In this document: positions 57,653 to 64,000 of the stretch, piece by piece
How the letters are laid out: the number at the start of each line of letters is the position of its first letter
Position numbering within the stretch: the first letter of the stretch is position 1
NCBI GenBank assembly: GCA_043803685.1
Contig: JAZDJU010000005.1
Location: forward strand, 11,579-75,578
Direction of reading: 5' to 3'
Source: Candidatus Omnitrophota bacterium
GTDB lineage: Bacteria > Omnitrophota > Omnitrophia > Omnitrophales > Aquincolibacteriaceae
Length of the DNA stretch: 64,000 nt
Notes under the pieces: model-generated
The model's input: only the letters and a program-made list of their open reading frames with translations
What the model was told of the DNA's origin: nothing
The model's database searches: none
Program-made: the position numbers and the translations under genes

Positions 57653-59185
57653 ATGTCATCCGGATCGTCACGTCTTAAGGTCTTGATCGTCTCACCGCCG
57701 TACCGTCTCTCGGCAGTATGTCTGCCGCTTGGACTGGCTTACATTGCGGCGGTTGTGCGCAAGGCAGGTTACCCGGTCGAAGTGATCGATATGGATGTTA
57801 AAAATCACTCTCCCGAGGAGTTCAAACGGATCCTTCAGGAAAAACATTTCGATGTTCTGTGTCTCGGGGGCATGATCACGGCTTGGAATTTTTTCAAGTT
57901 CACCTGCGATCATGTCAAAAGGATCAAACCCGGGGTCAAGGTCGTGATCGGTGGAGGCGTGATCACCTCGACGCCACGTTCGTTTTTGAGCGTTTCGCCG
58001 GCAGATGTCGGTGTGATCGGAGAGGGAGAGGACAAGGTCCTGGAACTCCTTTCAGCTTTTGAGCAGGGGCGGCCCCTGAGCGAGATCCATGGCATTGTTT
58101 ACCGGGAAGGCGACCAGATCCAACAGACACCCCCTGGAGCGCTCATCGAGGATCTGGACAGGATCCCGTTCCCGGCCTGGGATCTTTTTGACGTGGCGAA
58201 CAGTTACGCTCGCTATCCCTCTCATAACTCTTTGATCAAGGCCCGGAGGCAAATGGCGATCGCGACAAGCCGCGGCTGTCCCTACCAATGCACTTTTTGC
58301 TACACCGAAAAGAAAGTCCGCTATCGCAGTGTGGAGAACGTCCTGGCTGAAATGGAAGAGCTGAAAAATCGCTACGGGGTGACTCATTTCAGCCTGGTCG
58401 ATGATCTATTCGTCGCGCAGAAAAAGAGGGTGGTCCATTTCTGCGAGGAATTGATCCGCCGGAAGATGAATGTCAGTTGGAATGCTGCGGGACGTTGTAA
58501 CCTTGCGGACTACGAGCTTTACAAATTGATGAGATCGGCGGGTTGCTACGAGCTCGGTCTCGGGATCGAATCGGGAAGCGCCGCGATCCTGGATTCCATC
58601 AAAAAGAAACAAACTCCCGAGCAGGTCATTCACGCGGTGAAAACGGTGCAGAAAGCGGGCATTGTTCCTGGGGGGACGTTCATTTTAGGCCTTCCGGCGG
58701 AGACTCCGGAAACTGTTCGAGAGACCGTGGAGGTCTATAAGACCATCAATTCGTATCGTTCGCTCCTTAATCAGTTCTTTTTTGCGACGCCCTATCCGGG
58801 GACCGAGCTTTATGAAACCGTCAAAAAGAAAGGCCGGATCCCCGACGAGATCGCTTTTTTTGAAATGTTGTCTCAGAAGGGGGATGCGGTGGATTTTGTT
58901 ATTAACTGCACGGATGCTTTTACCGATAAAGAGTTGGTTGTAACTAAGGCGGCTGTTGAAAAGGAAGTTTTCGCGGATTTTATGAAAAAACACCCCCTTT
59001 TCGCGTTTTCTCGGTGGCTAGCGCGTGAGACGCCCTGGGGAAAGCTTAAGGTGCTCCTGCTCAGGATCAAAATGCGTGGTTTGATAGAGATGCTCCAGTT
59101 CCTTTGGATCAAACTGAAAGTGAAGCAAGGGAAGATCCCGGATCCGTTCGTAAGGCATTGGGCAAAGATCCATTCCTCAATCTAA
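57653..59185 (+). CDS. B12-binding radical SAM protein
   Basis: PLGLAYIAA, GEGE, SRGCPYQCTFC, DDLF, GIESG, FILGLPAET, PYPGT; AAGGAG SD. Confidence 0.9.
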   Translation: MSSGSSRLKVLIVSPPYRLSAVCLPLGLAYIAAVVRKAGYPVEVIDMDVKNHSPEEFKRILQEKHFDVLCLGGMITAWNFFKFTCDHVKRIKPGVKVVIGGGVITSTPRSFLSVSPADVGVIGEGEDKVLELLSAFEQGRPLSEIHGIVYREGDQIQQTPPGALIEDLDRIPFPAWDLFDVANSYARYPSHNSLIKARRQMAIATSRGCPYQCTFCYTEKKVRYRSVENVLAEMEELKNRYGVTHFSLVDDLFVAQKKRVVHFCEELIRRKMNVSWNAAGRCNLADYELYKLMRSAGCYELGLGIESGSAAILDSIKKKQTPEQVIHAVKTVQKAGIVPGGTFILGLPAETPETVRETVEVYKTINSYRSLLNQFFFATPYPGTELYETVKKKGRIPDEIAFFEMLSQKGDAVDFVINCTDAFTDKELVVTKAAVEKEVFADFMKKHPLFAFSRWLARETPWGKLKVLLLRIKMRGLIEMLQFLWIKLKVKQGKIPDPFVRHWAKIHSSI

Positions 59186-59204
59186 ATCGAAAAGGTCGTG
59201 ATCG

Positions 59205-60239
59205 ATGAAGGTGTCATTTTTACAATATCTGCAATGTCCTCATTGCCGGAGTGTGGATCTTAAGGTCCACTCGTTCCGGAATTCCGGAGAGGAGATCGAA
59301 AACGGGATGATCGTTTGCAACGCTTGTCGCGTCTGGTATCCGGTTGTTGACGGGATCCCGGTCGTTTCTAAAACGCCGGTCCTTGTGGATAAATGGAAAA
59401 AGGCGGTCCGCGCGCAGTGGGGTCAAAACTACGATTTTTCAAGCCTCAAGGAGCCTTTAGCCACGGCAGAAGATGCCAAGGCTTCGGAAGATCAGGGAGC
59501 GCAGATCGAGTTTTACGATCACGAGGCTGACCGTTATGATGAGGAGATCACGGATACGACTTTTTGGCGGGCGTTCGCAAAACAGACCATTCATGCGTGG
59601 GGCGCTACGACAGAGGCTAAGGCGGGAGTGATCCTGGAGGTTGGGTGCGGCACGGGGGCATCCACGGCGGCCCTGGCGGGCTTAGGTTGCAGGATCGTGG
59701 CTCTCGACATCTGCCTTACAACTGCGAAACGAGCGCGGGAGAAGATCCGGCGGCTCGGTCTCGATCCAGCTGTGGACTTTATCGTGTCGGAGGCCGAGGA
59801 CTTACCGTTCCGGCCCGGCCTTTTTAAAAGCAGTGTTTTTAGCGGCGTACTTCACCACGTCTCAGATCCGATCCGGGTTTTGAAACAGATCTCGGGTGTG
59901 CTATGCGAGGGCGGTACGATCTATGGTCATGAGAATAATGCCTCTGCTTTTCGTTTTCTGTTCGACCTTCTTATGAAAATGAAGCAACTGTGGCATGAAG
60001 AGGCGGGGACGCATCCTCTGATGAAAGCAGCTCAAGTTCAAGCCTGGGGGAAACAGGCCGGACTCAGGGTGAAGGCTAAAAGCCTTGTTTTTTTACCCCC
60101 TCATTTTTTCAACCTCTTTCCGCGATCCTTGGCGGAAGGGCTTCTCTCTTTTTCAAATTTTATGTTCGGTTGGGTTCCCTGGTTCAAGGACCAGGGCGGG
60201 CTTTTGATTCTTTCCGGAACCAAGATGACGAGGGAGTAA
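59205..60239 (+). CDS. Class I methyltransferase with N-terminal Trm112-like Zn-ribbon
   Basis: CPHC..CNAC..YPVVDGIP, then LEVGCGTG, AEDLPF, GVLHH. Confidence 0.85.
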   Translation: MKVSFLQYLQCPHCRSVDLKVHSFRNSGEEIENGMIVCNACRVWYPVVDGIPVVSKTPVLVDKWKKAVRAQWGQNYDFSSLKEPLATAEDAKASEDQGAQIEFYDHEADRYDEEITDTTFWRAFAKQTIHAWGATTEAKAGVILEVGCGTGASTAALAGLGCRIVALDICLTTAKRAREKIRRLGLDPAVDFIVSEAEDLPFRPGLFKSSVFSGVLHHVSDPIRVLKQISGVLCEGGTIYGHENNASAFRFLFDLLMKMKQLWHEEAGTHPLMKAAQVQAWGKQAGLRVKAKSLVFLPPHFFNLFPRSLAEGLLSFSNFMFGWVPWFKDQGGLLILSGTKMTRE

Positions 60240-60242
60240 ATC

Positions 60243-61682
60243 ATGATCCTTTGGAACGCGTTCTACACATACTTTATTGACCGGGGAAACAATCCCAAAT
60301 ACATCGCGCTCGGCATTCTGGCCGGACTTTTTATTCTGGGGCGCACACGCCTACCGGGTTGGTTTCGCGCGCGTCTATCACACATTCCGGCAAAGCAATG
60401 GCTTCTCGCGATCCTCGTGATCGGGTTCGTGCTTCGGATCGTGTGGTGCTTGTGGTCGCCTTACAGTCCGCCCGCGGCCGGAACCGAGGATTACATCATG
60501 ATCCGTCATGCCCATGAGTTTTCGGTGGGGAAAGGTTATATCACCACTGAGGGAGCTCCCAGCGCGGACCGGCCGGTCGGATACGCGATCCTGCTTGCCG
60601 GTGTATTCAAATTTCTCGGCGAGAACCTGGATTGGGTCGCGCTCATGAACGCGCTCCTCAGCCTTGTCACCCTGGGGCTCGTTTACCGGCTGGGCATCCA
60701 GATGAAGAACGAGTTTGTGGGACTTTTGGCCGCTTTTCTCGTCGCGATCTATCCGACTTCCATTTTTGCCACTCGCATTGTCCTGGAGGAGCATGTCTTT
60801 CTTCCGATGTGGTTGGGGGGCATCCTCCTCCTGATCCTGGATTACCAGAAGCCGGACTGGAAAAAGGTCGTGACGGCCGCGCTCCTTTTTGGCGCCGCGG
60901 CGCATGTCCGGACTTTTTCGTTCGCCATGGGCGGGGTTGTTTTTCTGATGTGGATTTTCAAGAAAAATTTCAAACAGGCTGTTTTGAGAACCCTCGTCGT
61001 CCAGGCGATCATCATCATGTTGGCGGTGCCTTGGGCTATCCGTAACCAGCAGAAGCTCGGCGAGCCTGTGCTCTACACGACCTGGATCGGCCCTGCCCTT
61101 TATTTCTCTAATAATGACGTGAGCGACGTTCGTTATCCCATCAATCCTTCCGCGGAGCAGGGCGGAGATATCGCATTCTCGAAGGCTAAAACAGAGATCG
61201 AGCGAAACCACGCGGGGAAGAATGCGGCGATGCAATGGATCAAAACCCATCCTTCGGTATTTATTCAAAAGGCGTTGGGACGCGTGGTCTACATGCTCGG
61301 TCTAACCCGTGAAGGCTGGGCCCTGACGGACAATTTTAATACTGTGAAGCCGGGTCGCGAAAAACCCTCCGCTAAGACCGTCAAGGTGTTCAACAAGATG
61401 GATAATGATTATTACGGTGTGATTTTCCTGTTGGCGCTTTTCGGGTTGATCGTTTTCTTTTTCCCGAAGGAACGCCTCACTCACAATCGGGGGATCGGCT
61501 ATATGTTCCTGACCCTGGCCTACTATCTTTCGATCATCGCCCTCACGATGGGCCACCGGAAATACCGGTTTGTGATCGAGCCTTTTTTCTGTATACTCGC
61601 CGCCTACGGCGTCTCGTTTTTCTTAACGTTCCCGGCCCCATGTTCATGTAAAGGAAATCAGGCTTGTGAGCAGAACGGATGA
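60243..61682 (+). CDS. GT-C fold (ArnT/PMT-like) membrane glycosyltransferase
   Basis: Multi-TM; ED loop, RPVGY, AIYP, PWAIRN, KYRF. Confidence 0.78.
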   Translation: MILWNAFYTYFIDRGNNPKYIALGILAGLFILGRTRLPGWFRARLSHIPAKQWLLAILVIGFVLRIVWCLWSPYSPPAAGTEDYIMIRHAHEFSVGKGYITTEGAPSADRPVGYAILLAGVFKFLGENLDWVALMNALLSLVTLGLVYRLGIQMKNEFVGLLAAFLVAIYPTSIFATRIVLEEHVFLPMWLGGILLLILDYQKPDWKKVVTAALLFGAAAHVRTFSFAMGGVVFLMWIFKKNFKQAVLRTLVVQAIIIMLAVPWAIRNQQKLGEPVLYTTWIGPALYFSNNDVSDVRYPINPSAEQGGDIAFSKAKTEIERNHAGKNAAMQWIKTHPSVFIQKALGRVVYMLGLTREGWALTDNFNTVKPGREKPSAKTVKVFNKMDNDYYGVIFLLALFGLIVFFFPKERLTHNRGIGYMFLTLAYYLSIIALTMGHRKYRFVIEPFFCILAAYGVSFFLTFPAPCSCKGNQACEQNG

Positions 61683-62439
61683 TCTGAAGGTTTCGCTTTT
61701 TATCCCGGTTTTCAACGCTTTCGCCTATATCCCGCACGCGCTAAGCGAGTCCCACCGGGCGCTGTCCGAGTGCTGCCGTGAATTCGAGGTCGTCGTGGTC
61801 AATGACAACTCAAATGATCAGACCGCGGATTTCCTGAAGAATATAGGGCAGGCTAAGTATCCGGAGGGGGAAAAGGTCCGCGTGATCACGAATACCACCG
61901 GGCCCTCACGTCGTGAGAATCTTGCGGCTGCTTTTTCCTCGGCCCGCTATGACACGCTAGGCTTTATCGATGTCGACCTTTCCTGCGGCATGAATTACCT
62001 GGTTGCTGCTTTGGAGCGTCTGGAGCAAGAGAAGGCCGACATCGTGGTCGGGAGTCGATATATCCAAGGGGCCAAGGTGACGCGGGAGCCTTTTCGCCGC
62101 ATCATGAGTTTTTTTTACAATTTGACCATTCAGATCCTCTTCGGGTCGAAGATCCTGGACCATCAATGCGGACTGAAGGTTTTCCGGCGTGGGCCTGCCG
62201 AGCTTATTTTCAAAGAGATGGGCTATGACCACGCCTACCGGCGCGGCTGGTTCTGGGATGCCGAGTTCCTGATCCGGGCGCAAGCCAAGGGACTTAAGAT
62301 CATCGAAATGCCGGTGGAGTGGCACTTTGCGCGCACGAGCACTTTCCTGTTTTTTCGTGAGTGGAAATGCATTGGGACTATGCTCAGGCTTCGGATCGAT
62401 CTGATCCCGTGGCTCAAAAAGTTTTTGAAGCCCTGCTAA
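61666..62439 (+). CDS. GT2, polyprenyl-phosphate sugar synthase-like
   Basis: IPVFN, NDNSND, IDVDLS, VGSRY, DHQCGLK, WFWDAE, EMPVEW. Confidence 0.85.
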   Translation: MSRTDDLKVSLFIPVFNAFAYIPHALSESHRALSECCREFEVVVVNDNSNDQTADFLKNIGQAKYPEGEKVRVITNTTGPSRRENLAAAFSSARYDTLGFIDVDLSCGMNYLVAALERLEQEKADIVVGSRYIQGAKVTREPFRRIMSFFYNLTIQILFGSKILDHQCGLKVFRRGPAELIFKEMGYDHAYRRGWFWDAEFLIRAQAKGLKIIEMPVEWHFARTSTFLFFREWKCIGTMLRLRIDLIPWLKKFLKPC

Positions 62440-62500
62440 TAAATATTTCAGTTCTCATTTTAAAGCATCACAACCTGTTTGAAAAGTACGGGAGAATACA

Positions 62501-63481
62501 ATGAAAAAAGCGCTTATTACGGGTATTACGGGTCAAGACGGTTCTTATCTGTCGGAATTTTTGCTTTCCAAGGGGTATGAAGTGCACGGGATCGTCCGGA
62601 GGGTGGCCTTGGAAGATCCGACGCATCGCACCTGGCGGATCAATCATCTCAAGGGCAAACTGAAGCTGCATTCGGCTTCTCTGGAAAGTTACGCCAGCGT
62701 GTTCAATGTGATCGAAAAGATCCAGCCGGATGAGTGTTACCACCTCGCCGCGCAGAGTTTTGTCAGTGTTTCGTTTGAGGACGAATTCTCGACCATGGAC
62801 ACGAATATCAACGGCACCCATTCGGTCCTTTCGGCGCTGAAGCAGCGGGCTCCAAAATGCCGGTTCTATTTCGCGGGCTCAAGTGAGATGTTCGGCGTGG
62901 CGCCGAAAAGTCCGCAGAGCGAAGAAACGCCGCTGTTCCCGCGTTCTTCCTACGGTATTTCGAAGCTTGCCGGATTCCATCTGACCCGGAATTACCGGGA
63001 GGCGTACAACATGTTCGCCTGTAGCGGGATCCTTTTTAATCATGAATCGCCCCGGCGCGGATTTGAGTTCGTGACGCGCAAGATCACGGATGCCGTGGCG
63101 CGTATCAAAACCGGGCTAGAAAAGGAGCTCTTCCTGGGGAACCTCGACGCCAAACGTGATTGGGGTTTCGCGGGAGATTACGTTGAAGCGATGTGGCTCA
63201 TGCTCCAGCAGGAAAAACCGGACGATTTTGTCGCCGCGACCGGCGAGACGCACACGATCCGGGAATTCCTGGATCTTGCCTTCGGGCGGGTGGGTCTGGA
63301 TTGGAACAAGTACGTGAAAGTGGACGAGCAGTTCTATCGCCCCGCGGAGATCTATGAGCTGAAAGGCGATTATGCCAAAGCTCGCAAGATCCTCAAATGG
63401 GAACCCAAGGTCAGCTTCAAGGAATTGGTATACATGATGGTGGATGGGGACCTGGAACGCTATAAGCAAAAAGGAAAATAA
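62501..63481 (+). CDS. gmd: GDP-mannose 4,6-dehydratase
   Basis: ITGITGQDGSYL, LAAQSFV, GILFNHESPRRG, FVTRKIT, GNLDAKRDWG. Confidence 0.96.
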   Translation: MKKALITGITGQDGSYLSEFLLSKGYEVHGIVRRVALEDPTHRTWRINHLKGKLKLHSASLESYASVFNVIEKIQPDECYHLAAQSFVSVSFEDEFSTMDTNINGTHSVLSALKQRAPKCRFYFAGSSEMFGVAPKSPQSEETPLFPRSSYGISKLAGFHLTRNYREAYNMFACSGILFNHESPRRGFEFVTRKITDAVARIKTGLEKELFLGNLDAKRDWGFAGDYVEAMWLMLQQEKPDDFVAATGETHTIREFLDLAFGRVGLDWNKYVKVDEQFYRPAEIYELKGDYAKARKILKWEPKVSFKELVYMMVDGDLERYKQKGK

Positions 63482-63488
63482 ACCGCTC

Positions 63489-64000
63489 ATGTCCCGTATT
63501 ATTGGATTCGACGCACAGGCGGCTTGCGGAAAGCTGACGGGGCTTGGGACTTATGTGAGTTGTTTGCTGAAGGCGCTCCGCGAGGAGATCGCGGCACCCC
63601 TTGAACTTTGCGCTCTTTCCGAGGAACGGCCGATCGAGAAGGACTTGAACACGATCGAACGGATCAGATGGGAGAGTTGGATCCTCCCACGACTTGCTCG
63701 CGAGAAAAGGGTCGAAATACTGCACGTCCCTGCTTTTGCGCCGGCGTTCCGGAAGCCCTGCAAGCTTGTCGTGACCGTTCACGATATCGCGGGCAGGCTT
63801 TTCCCGAACCAGATCGGACGGACGAGCCGTTTTTACTGGGGGCAGTGGCTGCCCTTTGTGATCAAACAGGCCGACCGGATCATCGCGGATTCGGAGCACA
63901 CTCGAAGGGACCTGGTGGAGCATCTCAAGATAAGCGAGAAGATCATACGGGTCATTTATCCTTCGGGGCATGAGCCCTTTCATGACGGGTTCGCTGAGGC
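63489..64000 (+). CDS. GT4 family glycosyltransferase, truncated at window end
   Basis: Not in the ORF track; manual translation MSRIIGFDAQ..TGLGTY..VVTVHDI..ADRIIADSEHTRRDL..VIY, open to the window edge. Confidence 0.8.
   Translation, partial: MSRIIGFDAQAACGKLTGLGTYVSCLLKALREEIAAPLELCALSEERPIEKDLNTIERIRWESWILPRLAREKRVEILHVPAFAPAFRKPCKLVVTVHDIAGRLFPNQIGRTSRFYWGQWLPFVIKQADRIIADSEHTRRDLVEHLKISEKIIRVIYPSGHEPFHDGFAE

Noticed and set aside
63608..63973. 121-aa ORF in the track at the window end
   Set aside because: Wrong frame; the frame from ATG 63489 gives a clear GT4 N-terminus
1..64000. tRNA, rRNA, CRISPR array, IS elements, cobalamin riboswitch
   Set aside because: Intergenic gaps are short (largest about 220 bp) and I saw no repeat-spacer, cloverleaf, transposase or B12-box pattern by eye; an Infernal/Rfam scan would be needed to exclude small RNAs

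Overview
Dense, mostly + strand bacterial surface-glycan locus with about 58 CDS. I saw no RNA genes, CRISPR arrays or mobile elements. An LptD-like gene indicates a diderm host; taxonomy cannot be fixed from sequence alone. In order: a GGDEF cyclase and lptD-like gene; a nucleotide-sugar block (ugd, rmlA/B/D, UDP-glucuronate decarboxylase); repeated pairs of polyprenyl-phosphate-sugar-synthase-like GT2 plus multi-TM GT-C-like transferase (6 GT2, 7 GT-C), each next to tailoring enzymes (5 B12-binding radical SAM proteins, 1 SPASM/twitch radical SAM, several methyltransferases); an embedded 2-oxoacid:ferredoxin oxidoreductase operon; a heptose/higher-sugar cassette (SDR, domain-reversed HldE-like, GmhA, radical SAM, split transketolase); a pseudaminic-acid cassette with formyl, amidino and methyl tailoring genes; a flippase, gmd and a truncated GT4. 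The best candidate for an undescribed system is the modular array of lipid-linked sugar transfer units coupled to radical-SAM tailoring. All product calls come from motifs read by eye, not from database searches.
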